The notes under the pieces were generated by a model. The model had not been told where the DNA came from, searched no databases, and saw only the letters and a list, made by a program, of their open reading frames with translations. DNA of 64,000 nt from a virus, in IMG/VR virus record IMGVR_UViG_3300010396_000010, positions 1 through 64,000 of that record; one strand, 5' to 3'. A program made the translations under genes and the position numbers. The first letter of the stretch is position 1, and each line of letters opens with the position of its first letter. Positions 9,343-18,143 of this stretch are shown here, piece after piece.

Positions 9343-9714
9343 ATGATCACGCCCAGCGTCCCCTATCGCCTCCACGTCCGTACCCTGGACCGCGCCGGAT
9401 GCCCTGATCTGCATCCGGCCTTCGTGCGCCTGTTGGACCAGTCGCCGCGCCGATCCTTGGGCTGGTGGGAGTTCGCTCCGATTGCTGACGCGCTGCGCCA
9501 GCAGGGGTATGGCAAGGGGCTGGACGTGATCGCGCTGCTGCGTGGCACCCCCTCCGTGAGCATCGAGAGCATGTGCAAGATCCTGACCATCAGTGCTTCG
9601 ACCGCCAAGAAGCGATTCAAGGAAACGTGGAACGCGGCGTATGACCAATACCAGGAACACTACCCCGGCAAGATCCGGACGCCGTTCTACGCGGAATTGT
9701 GGGGCCAACAGTGA
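9343..9714 (+). CDS. hypothetical protein with possible HTH
   Basis: GGAGG RBS; SIESMCKILTISASTAKKRF HTH-like; TTGACT-18-TATACT promoter upstream. Confidence 0.55.
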   Translation: MITPSVPYRLHVRTLDRAGCPDLHPAFVRLLDQSPRRSLGWWEFAPIADALRQQGYGKGLDVIALLRGTPSVSIESMCKILTISASTAKKRFKETWNAAYDQYQEHYPGKIRTPFYAELWGQQ

Positions 9715-10106
9715 TCGTGGAGATATCCTCTGAGGTCGAAGACTATTTGCTCTATGACATCCGCGAAGTCAACGGCCATCCGTTTCACCACGCGAACGAA
9801 CATAGCCGTCTGTTCCATCAGCAGTTGTGGGAGTTGGACTGGCGCGACGAGGAGGGCAAGCCCCTCATCGACAAAATGACTGTCACCCGCGAGACACGCT
9901 GGGTGGGCGACCGCAACTATGACCTGTTGATCTTCACGATGCAGCGCCAGGGCTACCAGCCGAAAGAAATTTGTGTTCGTGCCAGCGATGTGCAGGATCG
10001 CCATCCACTGACCAATGATTTGCTGTTTCGCGGCCATCGTACCATCGAAGAATTGCTCTTGCCCGCTGCGCGGAGCGGCTGGGCGAAAGAGGCCCAAGGC
10101 CAATGA
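9711..10106 (+). CDS. hypothetical protein
   Basis: GTGA and ATGA overlaps on both sides. Confidence 0.55.
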   Translation: MIVEISSEVEDYLLYDIREVNGHPFHHANEHSRLFHQQLWELDWRDEEGKPLIDKMTVTRETRWVGDRNYDLLIFTMQRQGYQPKEICVRASDVQDRHPLTNDLLFRGHRTIEELLLPAARSGWAKEAQGQ

Positions 10107-10756
10107 GTATTACCATCATCTCGTTCTCGCCGGGAACCACGATCAAGAGTGCGGATGTCACGAGCGATGTTACGGCGATCACCAATGCATTATCCGGTGT
10201 CGTGGCGAACCAGTTTACGTTTCTGGCGACAGCGACCACCAACCCCGCACTGATAACCCAACTTCCCTCTACGCCAGGTAGCGATCAAGATGCCGTCCGC
10301 GCTGGAGTCCCTGGCGACTCTTCGCCGCGCATCGGTTTCTATTTGCGCTCTGATGGGTCTGGCGGCATTCGTGGCGGGTTTGGCAGTGGCATCGGCGCAG
10401 TCCTCTATGCGCAAACCGGCTTGTGGCAGACGCCCGATCAATTCTGGATCACGCAAACCATCGGCACCGGCAACAAACTCTTTTACCGCATCGATACGAC
10501 GGATCGCAAGAGCTTTGGTATCGCCTACAATAAGTTCAGCGATGCGCCGTATTGGTTCAACTACACGGACAGCATCTACATGACCGAACTTGGTCATGAC
10601 GGCAGCATGTATGTCGGCACCGGGACCGCAACGCCTGGCAACTACTACCCGCAACTTGCCAGTGCTGGCGGTGGTGCGGCGGGCAAGAAGATTTGGGTTG
10701 GCACGACTGATCCGGGCGGCGCGGCTTCTGAGGGCGATTTTTGGCTCAACGGCTGA
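10103..10756 (+). CDS. minor tail/tail-fibre protein
   Basis: N-terminal FSPGTTIKSADV fibre-anchor motif; C-terminal IWVGTTDP...EGDFW motif; Gly/Thr-rich. Confidence 0.65.
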   Translation: MSITIISFSPGTTIKSADVTSDVTAITNALSGVVANQFTFLATATTNPALITQLPSTPGSDQDAVRAGVPGDSSPRIGFYLRSDGSGGIRGGFGSGIGAVLYAQTGLWQTPDQFWITQTIGTGNKLFYRIDTTDRKSFGIAYNKFSDAPYWFNYTDSIYMTELGHDGSMYVGTGTATPGNYYPQLASAGGGAAGKKIWVGTTDPGGAASEGDFWLNG

Positions 10757-10776
10757 GTGCTTTGTGAGGGAATGAG

Positions 10777-11280
10777 ATGCCATCGACAGGGATTTACACG
10801 GTTACAAGCCCAACTAGCGGCACGCAGTATAACGCGCCCGCTGCCTATTGGGTTGTCCCGACCAATGGCACCAGCATTAGTTGTGAGGTCAAGAGCTACA
10901 ATGCATCCAGTGTCCTCACAACGGTTGCTAACCTCACCGTGTATATTCGCAACGTCTCATCCGCAGTCAACTTGGCGAGCTTCAACGGCGGCACAGCGAA
11001 CACAACGGACATTGGGCCGGACAGCGACGCGACGATCAACGGAACCAATGTCTTCACCGTTGGCGCGAGCGTGGGCGGCACCATCGATCATATCGCCATG
11101 CAGGTGACGAACTACACCGGCAGTGCCTACAGTGGCGGCGGCGGTGGCACAGGCAATGATAAGGTCCGGCGCAGTGGTGCATGGGGCGCTGCGGTGACGA
11201 TCAAGGTCCGGCGCTCTGGCGCGTGGACCAGTGTATCCGGTTACGTGCGCCGGTCGAATGCATGGAGCCAAGTAGCATAA
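10777..11280 (+). CDS. virion fibre-associated protein
   Basis: Three C-terminal (K/Y)VRRSGAW-type repeats resembling gp38-like fibre-tip attachment motifs. Confidence 0.55.
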   Translation: MPSTGIYTVTSPTSGTQYNAPAAYWVVPTNGTSISCEVKSYNASSVLTTVANLTVYIRNVSSAVNLASFNGGTANTTDIGPDSDATINGTNVFTVGASVGGTIDHIAMQVTNYTGSAYSGGGGGTGNDKVRRSGAWGAAVTIKVRRSGAWTSVSGYVRRSNAWSQVA

Positions 11281-11292
11281 AGGAGCAAAACA

Positions 11293-11793
11293 ATGCAAAT
11301 CCCTGTTCAAGCCCTGGTTGAAGCCCCGCACAGCATCACACTTACCCTTCAAGGCAACCAACTCATCGACGTGATGAGCCGCCTCTCGACTGAGGATCTG
11401 TGCGCGGCACTCAAAGCGGCTGTCGCCAACCTCGAAGCGCAGATCGCCGCGCAGCACGTGACGGATGAAGCGCAGCCGAAAGAGAATGCGTCACAAAACA
11501 AGACAATGCCCATCAATAGCATGCAACTCACACAAATACAAAAGTTGTGCGCGGCGGTTGGCACCCCCATGCCAGATACATCTCATATGACCCAAGACGA
11601 GGCACAGGAATTTTTGAATAATTTCCAATCCGTCGAACTGCCGCCACTGGACGTTGCCCCCGGCCAGAGCGCCACGCAGACGGTGACGCAGACCTTGCCC
11701 GATGGCACCACCCTCAACATCACGCACACGCACACCAACACGGGCGAGGCAGAAACGGAGGATGCAGCCCCCGAAGGGACAGATGGGGCATGA
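11293..11793 (+). CDS. hypothetical protein
   Basis: AAGGAG RBS; ATGA overlap with next gene. Confidence 0.6.
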   Translation: MQIPVQALVEAPHSITLTLQGNQLIDVMSRLSTEDLCAALKAAVANLEAQIAAQHVTDEAQPKENASQNKTMPINSMQLTQIQKLCAAVGTPMPDTSHMTQDEAQEFLNNFQSVELPPLDVAPGQSATQTVTQTLPDGTTLNITHTHTNTGEAETEDAAPEGTDGA

Positions 11794-12209
11794 GAAACAA
11801 TCCGTCCCTGACGCTCGCCGATATCCAAGCCGTCTTAACGAACACGATCAAAGCTGCCGTCGATCCACTTTCATCGCAGATGAGCAAACTCACTGAAAAG
11901 GTGGACACCCTCACCGCCGATCATGTTAAACAGATAGACATGCAAGATCTGCGACGCGAGATGCAACAAGGATTCGCGGGACTGGAAACCAAATACCTGA
12001 TCCGCGAAATGGCGGAACAGCAACGCAAAGAACTGGTGAACGGGCAAGAGGATATCCGAAAAGAATTGAAAGATATGAAGGATGCGGCAGCGAGTAGCGG
12101 ACTCAAGCAATGGCAAATGCTGAGTATTGTTGCAAGCATCATCTTTACGTTCTTGGGATTCCTCATCTCGCTCTACGCTAATGTCCTTGTCCACCTGAGC
12201 TATAAATAA
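11790..12209 (+). CDS. coiled-coil protein with C-terminal TM (XhlA/holin-like)
   Basis: Heptad region plus C-terminal hydrophobic helix; lies before the endolysin. Confidence 0.6.
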   Translation: MRNNPSLTLADIQAVLTNTIKAAVDPLSSQMSKLTEKVDTLTADHVKQIDMQDLRREMQQGFAGLETKYLIREMAEQQRKELVNGQEDIRKELKDMKDAAASSGLKQWQMLSIVASIIFTFLGFLISLYANVLVHLSYK

Positions 12210-12228
12210 TCCCTAGAAAGGAGGAACC

Positions 12229-12708
12229 ATGCTCAAATATATCGCGCCCTTACAAGAGCAATTGCGCCACCTGCCCACACCGCATCTCTTTCGCGCTCAT
12301 GATGCCAGCGACAAGACCAAAGGCCAGCGCGTCGCGGAGATCGCCGCGTCTCGCATCGGTTCCTGGCCGTTCCTCATCGGGCAGAGCGTCGTGCTAGCGG
12401 CGTGGATTATCTTCAATAGCGTTGCCGTGTTTCCCCACTTCGATAACCCGCCGTACATTTTGCTCAATCTCATGCTCAGCTTCCAGGCTGCTTTTACCGG
12501 GCCAGTCCTGTTGATTGCGGCGAACGTCGGGGCGATGCGCGACCATAAGCAATATGACCGCATGGAACAGATGGAAACACGCATCATTGATGAATTGACC
12601 GCGACACGCAATGAACTGGCTGAGGCCCGCGTCGAGAATGCAGAACTGCGGCAGATGATCGCCGTTGTCTGCGAGCATTTTGCATTGGAGTTGACTCATG
12701 CTTCCTAG
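12229..12708 (+). CDS. DUF1003 membrane protein
   Basis: GQRVAE..GSWPF..WIIFN..FDNPPYILLNLMLSFQAAFTGPVLL matches DUF1003. Confidence 0.85.
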   Translation: MLKYIAPLQEQLRHLPTPHLFRAHDASDKTKGQRVAEIAASRIGSWPFLIGQSVVLAAWIIFNSVAVFPHFDNPPYILLNLMLSFQAAFTGPVLLIAANVGAMRDHKQYDRMEQMETRIIDELTATRNELAEARVENAELRQMIAVVCEHFALELTHAS

Positions 12709-13849
12709 TGGATGGTCCGATAACGGCCTGGCGCTCATCCCGCCCAAAGCGCCGGATGGCAAGCAATATTTCTTTTCTGACGCCTCCGGCATGCGCGAAC
12801 TGGCGCTACACCTGCTGGCGGAAAACGTCATCAGTGGCGACGACACGGCTATCGAGAACGCCGCGCAGGTGTCGCCGGATCGCGTCGAGCAATGCACGCA
12901 ATATGGCTGTCTGGTCATTCAGCGTGACAGCAAGGATGATCCGTGGACCGGCTTCCGTAGCAACCTCGGCGCGGAACACCTGAAGAACAGCGGGCGCACG
13001 CCGAAGGCATCGCCCATCCCACAGCCACCCACACCAGCCGATCCCAACAAGGTCAAACTGGCACGCACGCAGAAGGCGCTTGGCACCGACACGTTAGGCG
13101 TCTACTTCGGCACGTGGACCTATGGCAAGCCAGCAGTGGCCTTCACACCCTTTGCAAAACAGGCAAAAGGCATGGGATTCGACTATGTGATGGTCAAGTT
13201 TGGCGAGGATGGCACGCGCTGGTATCCTGACTCGCCCGCACAGATTGCCAAAGTCTTTGCTGACAATGGTTTGAAGATGGTCCCCTTCTGGTATTGCCGC
13301 CCGAATTACTGGCAACAGGACGCCGATCATTGCGCCCAACTGGCGCAGGAGTTTGGGGTCATCGATCTCGACATCGAAGAAGTGTTCTTGAATATCCAGG
13401 GCAAGCAGATCGTCGGCAGCTATGGAACACAACTCGCAGCACTGGTAAACCGCATCCGCAACGCCGCACCAGAAGCCTTGATCATCGCTGACGGCTATGG
13501 CGACCCCATGACCGCTTTCGCTGGGACGTTCCCCTATTGGGCCATCACTGAGGCGGACTGCTATCAGCCGCAGTGGTACGAGTCGTTCTATGGGGCGCGC
13601 ACCTGGGATGAGTGGCGCAACGGACTGGCGCGGCACGACGCCGAATGCGGCGAAGTGTTCCAGCAAGCGAAACTTGGCTTGTCGTTCCCCATCCGCCCCT
13701 GTGTCTCATCGTTCGCCGTCACGCCAGATGTCGCCTACGATATCGGCCATTACCTCAGTAGCTTCCACACTGGCCTCATGCTGTGGGAGTTCACGCAATG
13801 TGCCGCTGATGTGGCCCGCGCCTTCAAGAGCGGGCTGCACGCGAAATAG
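12698..13849 (+). CDS. putative endolysin (glycoside hydrolase TIM-barrel, GH25-like)
   Basis: GFDYVMVKFGEDG, PFWYCRP and IDLDIEE motifs; position next to holin. Confidence 0.55.
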   Translation: MLPSGWSDNGLALIPPKAPDGKQYFFSDASGMRELALHLLAENVISGDDTAIENAAQVSPDRVEQCTQYGCLVIQRDSKDDPWTGFRSNLGAEHLKNSGRTPKASPIPQPPTPADPNKVKLARTQKALGTDTLGVYFGTWTYGKPAVAFTPFAKQAKGMGFDYVMVKFGEDGTRWYPDSPAQIAKVFADNGLKMVPFWYCRPNYWQQDADHCAQLAQEFGVIDLDIEEVFLNIQGKQIVGSYGTQLAALVNRIRNAAPEALIIADGYGDPMTAFAGTFPYWAITEADCYQPQWYESFYGARTWDEWRNGLARHDAECGEVFQQAKLGLSFPIRPCVSSFAVTPDVAYDIGHYLSSFHTGLMLWEFTQCAADVARAFKSGLHAK

Positions 13850-13862
13850 AAAGGAACCTTTG

Positions 13863-14315
13863 ATGAACCTCTTTGAACGCGCCCAGCAGGGCATGAACCT
13901 CACCGCCGCCGAGCGCGGCATCTACCAGTTCGCGCAACTGATGTTGAAATCCCTTGGTCCCTTGGGCGCGCTGCCCTTCGTGGCCGATCTGCTCAAAGCC
14001 GTCAACGTGTGGCTGTCCACCGGCACCTGGCACACCTTCGACTACCTGGGCGATCTGCGCGTGCTGCTGGCTGCTGTCGTTGCCTCCGCCATCGCCGCAT
14101 GGCAGCACTGGCAGAGTGCGCAGGGCGATGCACCGCTGCTGTCCTCTGCTAATGCCGAAAGCGATGCGGTCACGTTCACGCCCCGCGATCCCGCCGCGTC
14201 CAAGGCGGGCGAAACGCTCACCCTCGCTAAGCCTCCCGTCGTCGAGGATGCGCCAGTAGTGGCCTCTGCTGACAGCACGCCCGCACCAACGCCTGAGCCT
14301 GTAGTCACCGCGTAA
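13863..14315 (+). CDS. putative holin
   Basis: Two hydrophobic segments; follows the endolysin; GAAAGGA RBS. Confidence 0.5.
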   Translation: MNLFERAQQGMNLTAAERGIYQFAQLMLKSLGPLGALPFVADLLKAVNVWLSTGTWHTFDYLGDLRVLLAAVVASAIAAWQHWQSAQGDAPLLSSANAESDAVTFTPRDPAASKAGETLTLAKPPVVEDAPVVASADSTPAPTPEPVVTA

Positions 14316-14335
14316 TTACCGATCCCTCACCTTAT

Positions 14336-14372
14336 GCCCCTGTATCACACAAATACAGGGGTTTTTCTTTTC
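14336..14372 (+). terminator. intrinsic terminator ending the lysis operon
   Basis: GCCCCTGTAT/ATACAGGGGT stem followed by a T-tract. Confidence 0.85.
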
Positions 14373-14563
14373 TTCACATCCGCCTATTTCCTGAGTAGAA
14401 TGGTTGTTTTTCTTCACCATCTTACCTACTGATTGACAATCCGTAGAGGATAGCATATGGTGGGTGCATCAACTACGCGCAAGTGTTGGATACGGGCCGC
14501 ACCGTGCCGCTCAGTCGCATTTTCGTGTTGACGGTAATCTTCCGAGGACGTGGAGGAAAAACA

Positions 14564-15469
14564 ATGCAGCAACCATCAGAGCCGATGGACGACGAAGTGA
14601 CACAGATTATTCGGCCCAAAGCGGGAATGCGTTTTGCGGAATTTGTGTTTGATCGCCAGATCGGTGAGGGCGCGGCAAGTGAAGTGTGGTTAGCCCATGA
14701 CTTCTTTGGCGAGCGAGCAGCCATTAAGATTGTGACGCGCAGCGAGGACCGGCAGTTCGAGGATCGTCATTATGCGCGGCGCTTGCTGATTGAGGGGGAA
14801 ACGATGCTGAACCTGCATCACCCCAACATCCTGCATGTAAAGCGTACCGGGATGGATATCCATTGGTACTACATGATCATGGCGTATGTCACAGGCGGGA
14901 CCGTCGCAAGCGCATTGGAGCGCAAGGGGCGCATGCCACTACATCAGGCGCTTGCCGTCACCAACAATGTGCTGCATGCTCTGGAATATGCCCATGCACG
15001 CGGCATCGTCCATCGGGACATCAAGCCGCAGAACATTCTGCTGGACCCGCCAGCAGGGCGCGTGCTGCTGGCGGACTTCGGCATCCTCTACCGCCAGCGT
15101 AAGGCTAGCGACCGCATGACGCTTCCCGGCAAGGTGCTAGGAACTGCCGCGTATATGGCCCCGGAACAGGTACGTGGCCGCGACCTCGATGCCCGCACTG
15201 ATCTCTATGCAGTCGGCTGCATGCTGTACGAAATGCTCTATGGGCAACCGCCATTTGGCAAGAAGTACGGCGACGATCTCGCCATTGCGCGACGCCAGGT
15301 GAGCGAGCCGGTGGTCTTCCCCGCGACGCCGGCCCTGTCGCATCAACTGCAAGCAGTGATCGGGCGCGTACTGGAAAAGGAACCCGCCAAACGCTATCAG
15401 CATGCCGCAGCGTTCCGTCGCGCCCTCGCGCCGTTCTACACGGTGTTCCCACAGAAAGGCGACCGCTGA
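14564..15469 (+). CDS. Hanks-type Ser/Thr protein kinase (soluble)
   Basis: IGEGAASEV, AAIK, HRDIKPQN, DFG, YMAPE and DLYAVG subdomains all intact; GGAGG RBS. Confidence 0.95.
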   Translation: MQQPSEPMDDEVTQIIRPKAGMRFAEFVFDRQIGEGAASEVWLAHDFFGERAAIKIVTRSEDRQFEDRHYARRLLIEGETMLNLHHPNILHVKRTGMDIHWYYMIMAYVTGGTVASALERKGRMPLHQALAVTNNVLHALEYAHARGIVHRDIKPQNILLDPPAGRVLLADFGILYRQRKASDRMTLPGKVLGTAAYMAPEQVRGRDLDARTDLYAVGCMLYEMLYGQPPFGKKYGDDLAIARRQVSEPVVFPATPALSHQLQAVIGRVLEKEPAKRYQHAAAFRRALAPFYTVFPQKGDR

Positions 15470-15876
15470 TGGCTCTCTATCGCGGATATGGCGCACCGAC
15501 CCCGATGCCACGCCCCGTCATTCCAGAGCAACCACAGTTGCCAAGGATTCATCCCAAGACGGTTCCCTATCGTCAATTCGCGCAAGCTGCCAAACTTGCG
15601 CAGTCACGCACACGTCTCGGCGTCTGGCGACTGAACGCCTATATTGTGCAGGATGCCTATCTCGTGGGCGATAGACGCCGGGGCTATTACTATGGTGTGG
15701 TAGGAAAACAGATCTTCGAGGGGAAGCGACTGCGCGATGTGTACAACCACATGGTGCAATATTGCCTCGACACCCAGAGAGCCAAACTGAATCATGACTC
15801 GTGGGCGTTCGCCATCGCGCCACGCTGGGAACTGGCGGCGTTCCGTAAGACGATCATGATGGATGCGTTGGAGTAG
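15469..15876 (+). CDS. hypothetical protein coupled to the kinase
   Basis: TGATG overlap with the kinase stop. Confidence 0.65.
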   Translation: MALYRGYGAPTPMPRPVIPEQPQLPRIHPKTVPYRQFAQAAKLAQSRTRLGVWRLNAYIVQDAYLVGDRRRGYYYGVVGKQIFEGKRLRDVYNHMVQYCLDTQRAKLNHDSWAFAIAPRWELAAFRKTIMMDALE

Positions 15877-16072
15877 CGTCACGTGGGGGCTTGCGCCACG
15901 TGACCTCAAGCCCCTGCGCCTCAGCCAGTAGGCCCACTTCGATGAGATGCACCCCCGCACTGGCTATTGATCGCCGCTGCGCCTGGATATAGGCGAAAAA
16001 GATCTCCGCGATATCCGGTGGCAGCGGCACCGTGATTTTATTCTGCGTCGTTCGTTTGCGTGGCACGCCCAT
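15854..16072 (-). CDS. ribbon-helix-helix-like small regulator
   Basis: KITVPLPPDI...RRSIAS..HLIEVGL pattern; divergent from the HTH gene. Confidence 0.5.
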   Translation of the reverse strand: MGVPRKRTTQNKITVPLPPDIAEIFFAYIQAQRRSIASAGVHLIEVGLLAEAQGLEVTWRKPPRDATPTHPS

Positions 16073-16228
16073 CAGTTTTTTCCTTTACGCATGGTTCTCT
16101 TTGTAGTATAGCGCCCTGCCTACGCAATAGGCAATTTGCGTGATTCTGTTGTTTTTTTCCTCATTGGTCGCGTATACTGGTGACAGAGGTACGACAGAAG
16201 TACCAAAGCGGGACCAAGGGGAGCTATC

Positions 16229-16948
16229 ATGGATTCATCAATGCCTATTTATCGTCAATATGTCGAGGTTCCACCGCCACAGCGGTTTCTGCAAACCATC
16301 GACGCCTATTTGGATTTGCTACGAGAAACGGATGGCACGTGGTCAGGGCGTCGCCTGGCGCGGGAGTCCGGACTGTCGCATAATTATTTCTCCGCATTCA
16401 AAGCCAGATTGAAAGATTTGCCCGACTATAGCCCCGGCGTCAATACCATCGACCCCATCATTGCCGCGCTGAACCGGCACTTGCCCGGAGAGCAACGCTG
16501 GCCGCGTCTGGAAGCCCTGGAAGCCGCGAACGTCAAACCCGCCGACATCGAAGCCCAGCAAGTGCATATCCACGCCGAGCGCAGCAAGCCCGTAGCGCCA
16601 CCCACTAACATCGACGTGTTGCCACCGCTCCCCGCGCAGATCGCGCTTCCTGTGCTGTCAGGCAGCATCATGGAGGCCAAGGGCATGGCTGCTGCGGTGG
16701 ATACCCGCGCCGTGTTCCAGGTCAAGAGCAACATGGCGCTGGTGCAAGATCCCCTTCCAGGGTATACGCCGCAGCGCGAGGGGGATTGGGCGCTGATTCA
16801 GTCGCCCGACGCGCCGACCCCGCAAGGAGTTCAGCCTTGGGCGCTGGTCCGCGAGGGGCAACACCTGCGGGCCGTCCCCTATGGCACGGCGAAGAGGCAG
16901 CAGATCGTGGCGTGGATCTTGGGGACACTCTGCCTCGATCCCGACTGA
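16229..16948 (+). CDS. XRE-type HTH regulator (repressor candidate)
   Basis: WSGRRLARESGLSHNYFSAF HTH; C-terminus vaguely S24-like but degenerate. Confidence 0.55.
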   Translation: MDSSMPIYRQYVEVPPPQRFLQTIDAYLDLLRETDGTWSGRRLARESGLSHNYFSAFKARLKDLPDYSPGVNTIDPIIAALNRHLPGEQRWPRLEALEAANVKPADIEAQQVHIHAERSKPVAPPTNIDVLPPLPAQIALPVLSGSIMEAKGMAAAVDTRAVFQVKSNMALVQDPLPGYTPQREGDWALIQSPDAPTPQGVQPWALVREGQHLRAVPYGTAKRQQIVAWILGTLCLDPD

Positions 16949-17193
16949 TCCTCTGCTGATCCAATTCTGATCCAACGCCGATCTTTTTGCTGCGTTTTCC
17001 TGCATGATCAGCGGTATTCCTTGCGACAAGAAACGTGGAAAAATGCGCTCTTGCACTATGCAGCAGGATGCGCTATGATAATCCTGAGTTATCTAACCAC
17101 TTTTGTGTATGCAGAAATTTTTCCCTGGATAGATGCGAAGTGCAGCCTGGCGAGGGCTGCACCGTTTGGGGGATTTGATCCAATTCTGATCCA
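16945..17193. repeat. attP-like region with arm-type direct repeats
   Basis: CTGATCC at 16945, 16956 and 16967 (11-bp period); TGATCCAATTCTGATCCA at 16957-16974 and 17176-17193; non-coding between convergent genes about 1 kb from the integrase. Confidence 0.5.
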
Positions 17194-17238
17194 GTTGGCC
17201 GTAGCTAACGGAAATTTCCGGGTTCAGCTACACCTTCC

Positions 17239-17508
17239 TTAGTTCTGCGATGGATCGCTATCTTCTGGTGGTGTGTCCAACTTTTCGTCAAGGGGCTGAA
17301 CGCCATCTAGAATGTTATCGAGGGCTTGTCCTGATTCCACCATCAACTGCGCCATTTGGTTTACAAAGACTGCGAACCCTTCTGTAAAAACCATACTGAA
17401 CGACTCAGCAAGGCTTTGTACCGCCCTTTCCAGTTCGTTGAACATTTCTTCTATTGCGTCCATTCCATCGTTTACGCTCACGTATTTACCTCCTTCTATC
17501 AACTCCAA
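17239..17508 (-). CDS. acidic hypothetical protein
   Basis: Low-GC ORF. Confidence 0.5.
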   Translation of the reverse strand: MELIEGGKYVSVNDGMDAIEEMFNELERAVQSLAESFSMVFTEGFAVFVNQMAQLMVESGQALDNILDGVQPLDEKLDTPPEDSDPSQN

Positions 17509-18143
17509 GGACCGAGATTAACGATGTACTCCAGTGCTTCTGCGTTGCCGATCACCTTGTAAGCATGATCGCCGCAATCCCAGCAATCAAAGCGCGCTAG
17601 CCATTTCTTTGTTTTCCATCCTGTGTGCTGCTTGGCTTGATCTCCTGTGAGATCCAGTTTGGGATTGTAGTAAAACAACGTCACTGTGTTATCTGTTGTT
17701 TCTTTACAATCCCAGCAGAAATGCCCTGCCCTTTCTTTGGCAGTCCAAGCATCCCCGTTTTGCAGTAACTTCATGTGTTCTTTCGCACTTGCAAAAGTTT
17801 TTGGCCTTCTTTTCGTGTTTTGTTCCTGCCTATCCAGACGGCCATGCTCAGGAAATAGCAGCCCCAATGCATCTGCATTGGGGAGCATACCTAGATGATA
17901 ATCTTCACTTTCGTTGTAGCGTGCCGCTCCATCAAGTGCATCATCAAGGACGTAGAAAACGCCGTTCATGATACGACCAAGGACACGATCAAAAACGACA
18001 TAGCCGTTACTGATTGGCAATACGGCATGACGCGCCTTTAAGAAGTTTGGTGTACCAGCGTTCTCTTGTGCTGGTTTCCATCCGGTCATCCTTAGTACCG
18101 TCTCTGCTATCTGCAAGGATTTTGAATTGACTTGCTGTGTCAT
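17499..18143 (-). CDS. hypothetical protein with CWDC x2 zinc-finger
   Basis: Two CWDC motifs; low GC; ATGA overlap with the integrase. Confidence 0.6.
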   Translation of the reverse strand: MTQQVNSKSLQIAETVLRMTGWKPAQENAGTPNFLKARHAVLPISNGYVVFDRVLGRIMNGVFYVLDDALDGAARYNESEDYHLGMLPNADALGLLFPEHGRLDRQEQNTKRRPKTFASAKEHMKLLQNGDAWTAKERAGHFCWDCKETTDNTVTLFYYNPKLDLTGDQAKQHTGWKTKKWLARFDCWDCGDHAYKVIGNAEALEYIVNLGPWS

